From a virus (Duplodnaviria; Heunggongvirae; Uroviricota; Caudoviricetes), in IMG/VR virus record IMGVR_UViG_3300035688_000604: a DNA stretch of 64,000 nt. One strand, 5' to 3'. The notes under the pieces were generated by a model. That model had not been told where the DNA came from, searched no databases, and saw only the letters and a program-made list of their open reading frames with translations. The translations under genes and the position numbers were made by a program. Below are positions 1 to 9,486 of the stretch, piece by piece. How positions within the stretch are numbered: the first letter of the stretch is position 1; each line of letters starts with the position of its first letter.

Positions 1-464
1 CAGAATTTTCCATTCCCAACATAAACATAAGGTAATTTAAATCTTTTGATTAATGACATCATTTTTATCTCTAAACTTGATGGAGTTCTTCTTTTTAGGC
101 ATTCTTTCTTCCATTCTGGGTAGTTTTTTCTGTATTTTTCGATGCCATTTTTTATTTTTTTCTTGATTTCTTCTGCTCTTTTATTACCAAAGAATTCTTC
201 GTAGGTTTTTCCTTTTTTATCATGGGTAATTTTCTGTTTTATTTCTTCTGCTTTTTTTAATCCATGAATTTCTTCGTAAGTTTTTCCTTTATTACAATGT
301 TCATGCGTTTGATAATATTTCAACATCCCTTCAGAATTAGTATAATTCACCTTTTTACCTTTATTCCAAGCAATACATCCCTTTTTGAATTGAGTAAGTG
401 GATGAAACCCTCGTTTGGCATATTTACCTAAGTTTTTTATTGATTGTTTTTTGGAACATCCCAT
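1..464 (-). CDS. partial CDS (N-terminal part; C-terminus beyond window edge); K-rich protein with three NUMOD3-like repeats (GKTYEEIHG...EEIKQKI), putative homing-endonuclease DNA-binding module
   Basis: ATG at 462-464 (minus) and an open frame running off the window start. Repeats KGKTYEEIHGLKKAEEIKQKI / KGKTYEEFFGNKRAEEIKKKI resemble NUMOD3 motifs. Absent from the ORF track because it is incomplete. Confidence 0.4.
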   Translation of the reverse strand, partial: MGCSKKQSIKNLGKYAKRGFHPLTQFKKGCIAWNKGKKVNYTNSEGMLKYYQTHEHCNKGKTYEEIHGLKKAEEIKQKITHDKKGKTYEEFFGNKRAEEIKKKIKNGIEKYRKNYPEWKKECLKRRTPSSLEIKMMSLIKRFKLPYVYVGNGKF

Positions 465-612
465 AGTATCTATTTAGAATTAATTAATATTTAAAAATTT
501 AAATTTATCAGAATTTTAATAAATTTATAGAATAAAGACTATAGTTTAAAATAAATAAAAAGGAAAAAAAGAAGCCACATTTTTTATATCCAAGAATTGA
601 ATCTTGGACGGC

Positions 613-813
613 TTAAATTTTTGCCCCAACTCTCTTACCGATTGAAGCCAATATAAAGCCTATACCAGTTCCGACAGCCAATAGGATGACGAAAATGGCT
701 AAGGGTGCTCCCATTCCTGTGAACAGTGAGCCTATACCGCTACCAATATCGGATAGAGTATCATTTAAAGTTCCCATGTTTTCACCATTTTTTAATTGAT
801 AACAATAACACAT
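613..813 (-). CDS. small membrane protein; member of a 3-copy family sharing a C-terminal TM helix AIFVILLAVGTGIGF
   Basis: 66 aa ORF. The hydrophobic C-terminal helix is nearly identical to the C-termini of ORFs 42140..42451 and 40291..40458. Confidence 0.45.
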   Translation of the reverse strand: MCYCYQLKNGENMGTLNDTLSDIGSGIGSLFTGMGAPLAIFVILLAVGTGIGFILASIGKRVGAKI

Positions 814-1054
814 TGAATGAAATATTTAAATAGTATACAAAATTAAATCATTTCATTTTGTTGAAAATTTTTAAAATTTCTAAAAAAAGATTTCTAAGAC
901 CCAAAAATGGCTTCTTTTATACCTTTCAATACACCTATCCAATCCCAGAATTTCCAGAGCAAAGTCAATAAAAAAAGAATTATGATGATAAGTATGAAAA
1001 GTTTTGCCAAACCTTCATAATCTGTCATGACTATTTATTTTAAAAATTAAAGAT

Positions 1055-1264
1055 TTAAAGTTTTTTTAACCACTTTGGTATAGCAAATTTTGCTATATAT
1101 TTAAGTTTATTGAGGTATCGCTGAGGAAGTTGAACATCCATTAAACTCTGATGATAAATGCAATCTGGACAACTTACGCCATAATTTCTTGTCACATAAC
1201 AATCTTTATTTCTCACATTACCTATGATGTGGCTATCCCTTTGACAATATGGAAATTCGAGCAT
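1055..1264 (-). CDS. small Cys-rich hypothetical protein
   Basis: 69 aa ORF with several Cys pairs (CPDC). Immediately downstream of the 1266..2120 gene on the same strand. Confidence 0.3.
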   Translation of the reverse strand: MLEFPYCQRDSHIIGNVRNKDCYVTRNYGVSCPDCIYHQSLMDVQLPQRYLNKLKYIAKFAIPKWLKKL

Positions 1265-1265
1265 C

Positions 1266-2120
1266 TTAACATTTCCCGATTATCCTATTAAAAAGGGAAC
1301 AATCGCTTGTAACACCTGTTGTCTGCCCGATTATTCTTTGGACTTCTTTTGCAGGAACACCGAGAACTTTCTCGAAAAGATTTGTGATTATGTCAATCCA
1401 TTTTTGTTCGAGTTCATAGAACTTTATATCAATCCAAGACCTTAAATCATTCAACTCGTTTAATATATCCTGAGTTGAATTTGTGTTATTTGCACTTATG
1501 TTCAATATCAACTCATTTGTATAGTTGAAATTCAACGTCATGTTGTTCTTTAAATTATTTATCTCATTCATTATAGTCTGATTCATCTGTATTATCGTGT
1601 TGTTCATCTGGACAAGAGTATCATTCAAAGCATTCAACTTGTCTATTATCTCTTGGAACTTTTGGTATGCTATAGATACATGGAATGTCGCTGATTTCTT
1701 CACTATTTGACTCTTCCCAGAAAAAGTCACATTGCAAACAAAATAATATTCATAGACACCGAGAACATCTGGTATTGTCACTTCTTTATAATAGTTACCA
1801 GTGATTGAAGAACTTGAAAGAGAAGTATCTATTATCCAGTAAGTCTTGTTAGGAAAAACTATTGATGCATTGCATGATGCGGTCAAAGGATTACCGAGAC
1901 CATCAGAAACTCTGACTATAACCTGACCAGTCTCATTCGCATAGTATTCAGTCCTTGATACTATGTCAACGTAAGCATTATCAGGAGTCCTATTTTCAGC
2001 ATATATGACTTGCGGTTTAACCTCAAGTTTGTAGGCAATGATAGTCAAGAACATGATTGAAATGCAGAGGATTATACCAAGCAAAAAACTGACGGCATTG
2101 TTTTTGTCCATAATATTCAC
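1266..2120 (-). CDS. membrane-anchored surface (glyco)protein with an N-terminal TM, a TEY...GNP...C domain, and an N/Q-rich coiled C-terminus
   Basis: N-terminal hydrophobic helix and many N-x-S/T sequons. A domain resembling the repeats of the 911 aa neighbour (TEYYANETGQVIVRVSDGLGNPLTASCNASIVF). Confidence 0.55.
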   Translation of the reverse strand: MNIMDKNNAVSFLLGIILCISIMFLTIIAYKLEVKPQVIYAENRTPDNAYVDIVSRTEYYANETGQVIVRVSDGLGNPLTASCNASIVFPNKTYWIIDTSLSSSSITGNYYKEVTIPDVLGVYEYYFVCNVTFSGKSQIVKKSATFHVSIAYQKFQEIIDKLNALNDTLVQMNNTIIQMNQTIMNEINNLKNNMTLNFNYTNELILNISANNTNSTQDILNELNDLRSWIDIKFYELEQKWIDIITNLFEKVLGVPAKEVQRIIGQTTGVTSDCSLFNRIIGKC

Positions 2121-2179
2121 TATTAGAATTAAGAATAAATAAAAATAAAAAAGTTCGCTTCAAATCCAAAGTATTCCTT

Positions 2180-2635
2180 CTAACTTATGACAACAGCAGT
2201 TGGTAATGTTTCATTTAATAATGACAATGCCTCTGAAACGTGGGATGCCTTGCTATTTCCTATTGTTCTACCTGCAACTTTACACTCAGCATATTGTTCA
2301 TAGATACCATAAGTCTCTGGTGCAGTCCAGTTATAAAACCAACTTCCATCTGCACCGCCTTCTTCCATTAGAGTATTTGTCACTAATGTTGATTTGTCTG
2401 GATTATATATTGTTACGTTGCACCAATCGGCTGTCAATCCCATACCAAGGTTATTTGCCACTCTTACTATGGTCTGAGCATCTTCTCCACCCATGTATTC
2501 AGTTCCTGAAACGAATTGAACGCTTCCACCGAATTTCTCTGGGTGAGCACTCGCATAGTAATAAGTTCCAACTCCGCCTGCCATTGCTAATGCCAGTAGG
2601 AATGCTAATATTTTTATTTTTTGCATTTTTTTCAT
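2180..2635 (-). CDS. secreted protein with signal peptide and the same GTEY...G..L...C domain
   Basis: MKKMQKIKILAFLLALAMAGG signal peptide. GTEYMGGEDAQTIVRVANNLGMGLTADWCNVTIYNP resembles the repeat units of the neighbouring genes. Confidence 0.55.
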   Translation of the reverse strand: MKKMQKIKILAFLLALAMAGGVGTYYYASAHPEKFGGSVQFVSGTEYMGGEDAQTIVRVANNLGMGLTADWCNVTIYNPDKSTLVTNTLMEEGGADGSWFYNWTAPETYGIYEQYAECKVAGRTIGNSKASHVSEALSLLNETLPTAVVIS

Positions 2636-2697
2636 CTTTTAAATATAATGACCATACAAGTATTTAAATTTTTCTAAATTTTTAAAAAATTTAAAAA

Positions 2698-5433
2698 TTA
2701 ACTTATCACAGAAATCTGAGTTGTAACCCATTCATAAACAGTTTCCAAGATATTTTTGATGTCATAAACTGTCTGGTTGAGACTCAGATAATAATTTGTT
2801 ATTGTCGAATTGAGTGCCTGAATTGCGACATACATCGTATTGTTGTGTGATTGTATTAAAGATTGAATTGTCTGGCTCTCATTGAACATCGTTGCGTTAT
2901 GCGATATAATAATATTCGATATGTTAATGCTGGCATTTGTTATTGCATCGCTTACATGAATTTCCCCACTACCCCTGATTTCGCTTTCTATTGTCGCTGA
3001 AGCCCAAGTAACCCACCACCTATCTATCGTTGGAGAAGTATCGTTGATTGTAGGTCTTGTTATCTCTGCATAAAGTTTGATAGGAGAATTATCATTGGCA
3101 CAACTACTAATATCCCCCAAACCAGAACAAATAATATCGTTACTGCTGTTTAAGATTTTAAAGTTAATACTGCCATCGTTATTCACATACTCTGCACCAA
3201 AACTATACCAAATGGTGGAATTGTTTATTATTGGAATCGACCTTATCACACCAGATGTAGTTAATGTCCCGTAACAAGTCTGATTTGTCATACTTTCAGT
3301 TCCGTAACTGTTATTATACCTAAAACTTATTTCAGTTGAATTCAAAGTCTTGTTATAAATTACTACTTCATCTTCTGTGCCATTAAAAAAATATTCTACT
3401 CCGTTCCTACTACTAATTGTAAAGTTCCCTATGTTTTGAATAGTTGCTGTAAGAGTATCATAAACAATAGTTTTAGTCAATAATGAACCATCAAAATAAA
3501 TATTGACTCCACTTGCTTTACTTGAACCGTTATAAGTTACAATCAAATGATGCCAATTTCCATTGGCGTATGTAGCAGGAACTGAAACACGAATAACATT
3601 AGAAGACCATGTGTTTATCAAATCAAAATAAATCTTTCCTGAATCCATATAAATTTGCCATCCTCGACAGTTGGTAGGACACTGGGTTCGTGAGACAAGA
3701 ATCGAAGCAGGAGTGTTTATGCTTGTTTTAAACCACGTTTCAACAGAAAAATTTTGAGTCCTCTCAAAATTTGCTGTAGTTGAAGCATTTCCCATATTAA
3801 CATATTGATTAACACCATTAAACTGTAATGAATTATTAAGTTTCCCTGCAACCCAAGTCGGACTGTTGACAGTATTTCCATTTCTCCCATTTCCAGAACT
3901 GTCTGAAACACTCGTTCCAGATGTTTCGTTCAAATGATACCAAGCATAAGGATACAATTCAACTGTATTATTACAAGTTTGAGCAACCAATTTAACATTG
4001 CTGTTATTCACTGTGACATTCGTATAACTTTCCAATTTTGAATAATCTAAAAAGTCATCTATGAATGCCGAACTTGGAATATAACAAGTCGCTGATACCA
4101 TGTAAACTCCAACTGTAGAAGGGACTGTAAAATCGTAATAATATAGACCGTCAGAGCCAGAAAGATAATTCATTATGATAGAATCTAACATCTTTGTTTT
4201 GTTTGGAAAATATGCAGTGATGTAACAGGAAGAATTGTCTATTGGCTGGTAGTTTCTCAGCAATTGCAACCATATAGTTCCAGCCTCGTTTGGGTTATAT
4301 TCAGTCCCGAAAAAATTTATGCTTACATCAGATTTTGAAATGTTCTGGATGTCTTCAGCCCATTCTGCAACATGAAAAGTATCACCAGAATAAATTTTTG
4401 TTCCATTGATGTCGCAATAATTGTCTGTCGAATATACTCCAGTTGGTAATGTTGTTAAAAATTGATAATAGTAGAGACCGTTTGACCCAGAGATATAATT
4501 CAGCCTTTCATTATTTGTTTTTATGTTGTCTTGGCTATCTCTGATTGTAGTATAACAATTGCCATTATTTATTGGATTCTCTTGATTGTCTAAAATCTGC
4601 AACACGATTCTTGCATTCTCGCTTGATGAGTATTCAGTCCCACCGACTGATTCTACTGAAAATGGTGGATTAATTGATACATGAAAAGTATCGGCAGATA
4701 ATATTTTAATTCCATTGACCATGCAGTAACTATCGACTGAATAGACACTAATTGGTAATAAAGGCACAAATTGAAATTGATAATAGTAAATACCATTCGA
4801 CCCAGAGATATAATTCAGAGTCTGGTTATCTGCTTTTATGTTATTTTGACTGTCTCTGATTGTGGTATAGCAATTGCCATTATTCACTGGATTCCCTTGA
4901 CCATCCAAAAGATGCAACACTACTTTTGCGTTTTCATTCATTGAATATTCAGTTCTACCGATGGATGATACGCTTGCTGGTGGGTTGTCCATGTATGTCA
5001 AGTCAAGCCATCCTATCACTGCTCCAGTGTTTACTGTAGACCTTAAAGTTATGTTATAAGTTCCATTTGTTTTTATCATGTTACTACAGTCAAAATAGAA
5101 TTGCACATTTCCAGTCGTTGAAAATGCTGTCGCTACATAATAACTTGGGGTATTACAATACCCCCCATTCACCCATAAAGTAAAATTTTGTGTTTGCCCA
5201 TTAATCTGTGCATTGAAAGAAATTATAGCACTGATGACACTCTTAATATTATCAGGGGGTTCTATTGTCACATTATAATTATAGTTTGTGTTAGATACCA
5301 TATTTTCCCTATAGAAAGGATTGAGATAAATTTTGTTGTATTGTTGAATTGATAAAGATTTTGTGTTGGACAGGATAAAAAAAGAAATTACAATAAATGA
5401 AACCAAAAACCCGAAGATAAATTTGTGTTCCAC
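2698..5433 (-). CDS. large surface glycoprotein (911 aa): N-terminal TM/signal, three tandem ~105 aa beta-domain repeats, LamG/ConA-like lectin-type segment, extremely sequon-rich
   Basis: Long ORF with an N-terminal hydrophobic segment. Internal tandem repeats (VxSxGxTEYSxxENAxxVLxxLDxQxNPxNNGNCYTTIRDSQxNIK...GSNGxYYYQF) are visible at both protein and DNA level. SLQFNGVNQYVNMGN...ETWFK resembles LamG_3. Dozens of NxS/T sites. Confidence 0.7.
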   Translation of the reverse strand: MEHKFIFGFLVSFIVISFFILSNTKSLSIQQYNKIYLNPFYRENMVSNTNYNYNVTIEPPDNIKSVISAIISFNAQINGQTQNFTLWVNGGYCNTPSYYVATAFSTTGNVQFYFDCSNMIKTNGTYNITLRSTVNTGAVIGWLDLTYMDNPPASVSSIGRTEYSMNENAKVVLHLLDGQGNPVNNGNCYTTIRDSQNNIKADNQTLNYISGSNGIYYYQFQFVPLLPISVYSVDSYCMVNGIKILSADTFHVSINPPFSVESVGGTEYSSSENARIVLQILDNQENPINNGNCYTTIRDSQDNIKTNNERLNYISGSNGLYYYQFLTTLPTGVYSTDNYCDINGTKIYSGDTFHVAEWAEDIQNISKSDVSINFFGTEYNPNEAGTIWLQLLRNYQPIDNSSCYITAYFPNKTKMLDSIIMNYLSGSDGLYYYDFTVPSTVGVYMVSATCYIPSSAFIDDFLDYSKLESYTNVTVNNSNVKLVAQTCNNTVELYPYAWYHLNETSGTSVSDSSGNGRNGNTVNSPTWVAGKLNNSLQFNGVNQYVNMGNASTTANFERTQNFSVETWFKTSINTPASILVSRTQCPTNCRGWQIYMDSGKIYFDLINTWSSNVIRVSVPATYANGNWHHLIVTYNGSSKASGVNIYFDGSLLTKTIVYDTLTATIQNIGNFTISSRNGVEYFFNGTEDEVVIYNKTLNSTEISFRYNNSYGTESMTNQTCYGTLTTSGVIRSIPIINNSTIWYSFGAEYVNNDGSINFKILNSSNDIICSGLGDISSCANDNSPIKLYAEITRPTINDTSPTIDRWWVTWASATIESEIRGSGEIHVSDAITNASINISNIIISHNATMFNESQTIQSLIQSHNNTMYVAIQALNSTITNYYLSLNQTVYDIKNILETVYEWVTTQISVIS
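4050..4990 (-). repeat. three tandem intragenic domain repeats (~310 bp each, third copy degenerate) inside the 911 aa surface protein gene
   Basis: DNA segments around 4380-4690 and 4700-4990 align closely (e.g. ...ccattgac...ggtaat...gataatagta.ataccrtt.gacccagagatataattcag). Confidence 0.6.
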
Positions 5434-5434
5434 A

Positions 5435-6025
5435 CTAAATCCCCAGTATTATTTTTATCAATAAACCTACTACAAATGTTAGGATTATCGCAATTCCAGA
5501 CTTCGTGAAATAGCCGACTATCAAACTGATGATTAATATCAAAAGCAAGACCATGATGCTTATTATTCCCTTGAAACTCTGAGTGTTCCAAAAATAATTC
5601 CTTGTCTCTCCAGTCCTTGTGATGTTGATGAAATAATCCAAATTCAAATCACTATCAACATGTATTCCGCTCTGGACTGTAGCCCATACTTCATAGTTCT
5701 CAACAGTCCTCGGACATCCATTGGTATTGTTCCAAGTGACAGCACCGTTAGTGAAAAACAAATCATAATAATCGTTATCTGGAACTGTTATGTTTGCCAT
5801 ACCGCCAGTATAGTTTGCATGATAACATTTGAAAGTGTAATACATCTGACCTTGTGAATATGTCTTATTCTGCAAATAGACTATCAGGAACTCGTCAAAA
5901 TATCTTGATGTCATGTTTCTATTGAGCCAGAATTTCACAGTAACGAAATGAGGTTGTGCATAGGCTACACTAAGAAAAAATAGAAAAAAAATTGTCGCAG
6001 GCAATATTATTTTTTTCATCATCAC
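5435..6025 (-). CDS. secreted protein with signal peptide and C-terminal TM anchor
   Basis: MMMKKIILPATIFFLFFLSVAYA signal peptide, several NxT sites, C-terminal hydrophobic helix. Confidence 0.5.
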   Translation of the reverse strand: MMMKKIILPATIFFLFFLSVAYAQPHFVTVKFWLNRNMTSRYFDEFLIVYLQNKTYSQGQMYYTFKCYHANYTGGMANITVPDNDYYDLFFTNGAVTWNNTNGCPRTVENYEVWATVQSGIHVDSDLNLDYFINITRTGETRNYFWNTQSFKGIISIMVLLLILIISLIVGYFTKSGIAIILTFVVGLLIKIILGI

Positions 6026-6267
6026 TCAAACAACCTATCTAACACATTCAATATTTTCTGGAAAGTCGGTCTCATCGAAAGAAATAAAAGGATGACCCTG
6101 TAATAAAAATAAATAAAAAACAATTGGATTCCGAAGAATGCGACTACAAAGAATATGAATGATAATGCCCATCCAAGTGTGTAGAACCACCAATAAATCT
6201 TACCAAAAAAATTTCCTATCGCTGTGAAGGCACTCGCAATCGCCTCTGGAAATTCAAGTATGCTCAT
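6022..6267 (-). CDS. small integral membrane protein
   Basis: 81 aa with two hydrophobic helices. Its start overlaps the stop of the downstream gene (translational coupling). Confidence 0.4.
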   Translation of the reverse strand: MSILEFPEAIASAFTAIGNFFGKIYWWFYTLGWALSFIFFVVAFFGIQLFFIYFYYRVILLFLSMRPTFQKILNVLDRLFE

Positions 6268-6273
6268 TCTTCA

Positions 6274-7131
6274 TCACTCTGTTATCTTCTTCAATATCCA
6301 TTTCAACGATAAAGGCAAGAAACCTACTATGAATACCACTGCCACGATTATCGAGACAATCAAAAACATGTAATAAAGTATTTTCCAGATGTCTATATTT
6401 ATGCTGACAAGTTGTGCTATTGATTGAACCACAGTTTTCATGGATGGGGAAACTTTTTCCTCGATGTTGACGATTGAAGTCGAATAACCCAAAAACATTA
6501 TTGAATAGTCTATGTCAGCACCAGTGACATTATCCGCCCAACCGAACTCTATCCTTTGTTGGTCTATATCAGATGATAAATATATTGAACCGACTGGACA
6601 ATACGCACTCTGCTCTCGTTGAACATCCTCATCTGAACTGTTCCACCAATTCCAACATGGTGTTGTATCGAGATAAACATAGTCAGTCGAAATATCAGCC
6701 CTTGGAAGTCTTAACTTGATTATAGGATTCCAATCTGTTTTGTTGCAGTTGTATGGAGTGAAATTACCAAAGCAATCATTGTTTGGTTCTGGAAAGATTT
6801 TGAACATGACGTTGAAATTCTTATGCTCGACATTATCTATATAAATAAAACGATTGCAGAAAGGTGCATCTCCGATTAGAGCAGTCCCATTAAAAACTTC
6901 ACCCTCAAGAGAACACCAATGGCAACTTCCTTCGACAAATATATCACATATAGTCCTATTGCCTTCCCCACCACATGTGTATCTTGAATAACAGTTTGTG
7001 TCATTGCCAACCCACATCCTGTAATTGACTATTGCTTCTTTTGCTGTCGTCTCATTACCAGTTGCAGACATCACACTTCCAAACATAAACATAATACTCA
7101 ATAAAATAATTGGAATGAATATTTTTTTCAT
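6274..7131 (-). CDS. secreted Cys-rich protein with C-terminal TM anchor
   Basis: Signal peptide MKKIFIPIILLSIMFMFGSVMSA, many Cys and NxT sites, C-terminal TM helix. Confidence 0.55.
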   Translation of the reverse strand: MKKIFIPIILLSIMFMFGSVMSATGNETTAKEAIVNYRMWVGNDTNCYSRYTCGGEGNRTICDIFVEGSCHWCSLEGEVFNGTALIGDAPFCNRFIYIDNVEHKNFNVMFKIFPEPNNDCFGNFTPYNCNKTDWNPIIKLRLPRADISTDYVYLDTTPCWNWWNSSDEDVQREQSAYCPVGSIYLSSDIDQQRIEFGWADNVTGADIDYSIMFLGYSTSIVNIEEKVSPSMKTVVQSIAQLVSINIDIWKILYYMFLIVSIIVAVVFIVGFLPLSLKWILKKITE

Positions 7132-7140
7132 AATTTCACC

Positions 7141-9378
7141 TCATAACCTCGGAACAGATTTTTTGAAGATTAAATATAATATTGTGGCGAAACCTAAAGC
7201 CAAGAATATTATTATTATCGGAACGAGCAGACTTCCTATAAGAATGAACATTCCTGATGCAACATCCTCAAACAAAGAAACTGGGTCTTCTTGCCAATTG
7301 GTAGTGTTTATCATGGGTGTCTCTTCCTGACACGCACATGACTCTGATAAGTTCATATAAGTCCAGCAATAATTACCACATTCGCATGAACAATCTGGAA
7401 ATGGTCTCATTGTCATCTCTGGATTTGGACAATTACCACTGCAATAATTAGTTGAATAACATGCCTTTGCTGTCTGGTTGCAACCATAAGGACAAGTAGT
7501 GAAACTACTCCATGAACAATCTGATTGTTTCAAAGCCAGATGTGTTGTGTTGTAACAATACCAAGTCGGTGGATAACAACCACCATACAGACAACTTGGG
7601 TCTGATACCCATCTTTCAGTTATATCACAACCAGCAGGTGCACAAGTCCTTTGTTGTTTTCTCAATTCCTCAGCACATTCTGTTGTGTTATACCAAGGTG
7701 TGCATGAACATGTCATGTATTCTTCACTGATATAACTATCACCATAATATAATCCATCAATATCACCACAACAGTAGTATCCGCCACATTGTGTCGTCCC
7801 AGTTCCTACAGTAATCTGATATAGAGTTTCAAATGGGTCTATAATCCAAGGCTTCTGAAAACCATAGACAGAACAACCCCTACCCAATCTCACTGAACTC
7901 ATTTTAGCGTGATTCCAGACATGCATATCTACTGTCTCACCTGCAAACTCGCTCATATTGAAACTTTTTATGTTCATCCCAGACCCACATGTTGTGATAT
8001 TTAAAAATTTACTGTGGGATGTGTTTGTCGTGGAGTTTATAGTGATGTTCACTGGATAGGAACATGTAGAAATTATGAATGACATGTTGGATGGGTTTGC
8101 GTTATAAAAAGATGGGACTTCATAATTTGTGTAAGCGAAATGATAACCACCGTCTATTGTTTGATTGATAAAATAGACCCCTTTAAGCGGAAACTCGTTA
8201 AGATTGTATGTAGTTATCTTGTTCCATGCTTGGTCAAATTTTGAAATATGCCAACACATGTCAGACGGGCATGTAGTCCACCCCCCAGTATTCGGGTCTT
8301 GAAACATGCGTGAATGCCATAAGACAAACCATAGATGCGTAGTTCCCGAATGTCTTTGATACACAGTAAACTGGTCAAGTTCTTGGTCTTGATAATAGGC
8401 TGGGTCTGTCCTTCCTATTATCATCTTATTAAGACTGTGTGATATGCTTCCTTCAATACAACAATCTGGACATGGATTACCGTAACTATGGTCGCACTGA
8501 GCAGAATACTCAACAACATAAAGATTTTGATAATTTGGATAGGGGTCTCTTCGTGCCAAGTATAAAACATAAGGTGCACAATCATAAGTCTCCCAAAGAG
8601 TCCCAAAACATTTCAATGGTTCATTTGGTTCTGATACTGGTAAGTAATCATAAAGAAAATCATAACTAAGGATGGGCAAACGGTCTTCTCTCACATCATC
8701 ATCATCCTTCGGTGAGCAAATACCCAGAGAACATGTATCCCAACTGACTCTCATAATATGACCATCGGTATCATTATAAAATATGGGTCTTTCATAATTC
8801 CCAGTCCACTGATAACTGTAATCAGCAATCTTTAGATTATCCATTCTATGTGTAGAACCACAACCACCTACTGGAACAGCCCACTCGGTATAACTCATGT
8901 CACCTTCATGAACATGAAACACATTTATTCCGTAAGTATAGTTAGAACCTTTGTATTCATAGACAGGACATACAACATCAAAATAACCATTGTTTTCGTG
9001 TTGTGATATGTCACAATATGCCCCGAATATCCTTAAAGTCCCGCCTGTTGTATTGCATTGAGTCCCATTGCCAAAAGCGATTTTAGTTGGAACTAATTCA
9101 ATCACATTCTCCTCAATCCTCGATGTAGGGTTTATCTTATGAATCCAATAACCACTATCAGTTCCAACACCATAACGATAGACATACCACCATTCTGCCG
9201 AATAGAACATTGATGTTCTACCGAATACATACGAACTGTAAGCCTGCGGGTTTATCACGTCTGTATACATCCTGTAATCATTGTGAGTCCAACCTTCTGC
9301 ACCAGAAGCATTATTCATAACAAGGTAGCATGCAAAAACCATGCAGAATATTACGGCTAAAATTGTTTTATTGACCAC
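7141..9378 (-). CDS. large secreted Cys-rich surface protein (745 aa) with C-terminal TM anchor
   Basis: Signal peptide, more than 50 Cys, many sequons, and a C-terminal hydrophobic helix followed by KKSVPRL. Confidence 0.6.
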   Translation of the reverse strand: MVNKTILAVIFCMVFACYLVMNNASGAEGWTHNDYRMYTDVINPQAYSSYVFGRTSMFYSAEWWYVYRYGVGTDSGYWIHKINPTSRIEENVIELVPTKIAFGNGTQCNTTGGTLRIFGAYCDISQHENNGYFDVVCPVYEYKGSNYTYGINVFHVHEGDMSYTEWAVPVGGCGSTHRMDNLKIADYSYQWTGNYERPIFYNDTDGHIMRVSWDTCSLGICSPKDDDDVREDRLPILSYDFLYDYLPVSEPNEPLKCFGTLWETYDCAPYVLYLARRDPYPNYQNLYVVEYSAQCDHSYGNPCPDCCIEGSISHSLNKMIIGRTDPAYYQDQELDQFTVYQRHSGTTHLWFVLWHSRMFQDPNTGGWTTCPSDMCWHISKFDQAWNKITTYNLNEFPLKGVYFINQTIDGGYHFAYTNYEVPSFYNANPSNMSFIISTCSYPVNITINSTTNTSHSKFLNITTCGSGMNIKSFNMSEFAGETVDMHVWNHAKMSSVRLGRGCSVYGFQKPWIIDPFETLYQITVGTGTTQCGGYYCCGDIDGLYYGDSYISEEYMTCSCTPWYNTTECAEELRKQQRTCAPAGCDITERWVSDPSCLYGGCYPPTWYCYNTTHLALKQSDCSWSSFTTCPYGCNQTAKACYSTNYCSGNCPNPEMTMRPFPDCSCECGNYCWTYMNLSESCACQEETPMINTTNWQEDPVSLFEDVASGMFILIGSLLVPIIIIFLALGFATILYLIFKKSVPRL

Positions 9379-9486
9379 TATACCACACTTACTATTTTAA
9401 ATGTTTAAATATTTAAAATTTTTCAAAATTTCTTTTTTAACAAAATCCCATTATTATATTTAAATTTAAAAAGTTAAAATACTTTT
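9379..9486. promoter_or_regulatory. AT-rich divergent promoter region between the surface-protein operon (minus) and the GT2 gene (plus)
   Basis: 108 bp intergenic stretch of TTTAAATATTTAAAATTTTT-type TATA-like sequence between divergent starts. Confidence 0.3.

Noticed and set aside
2200-8669. Plus-strand ORFs inside the large minus-strand surface-protein genes (2200..2667, 3077..3274, 5660..5857, 7025..7330, 7512..7730, 8439..8669)
   Set aside because: These are shadow ORFs antisense to long, sequon-rich coding regions. They have no start context or signal.
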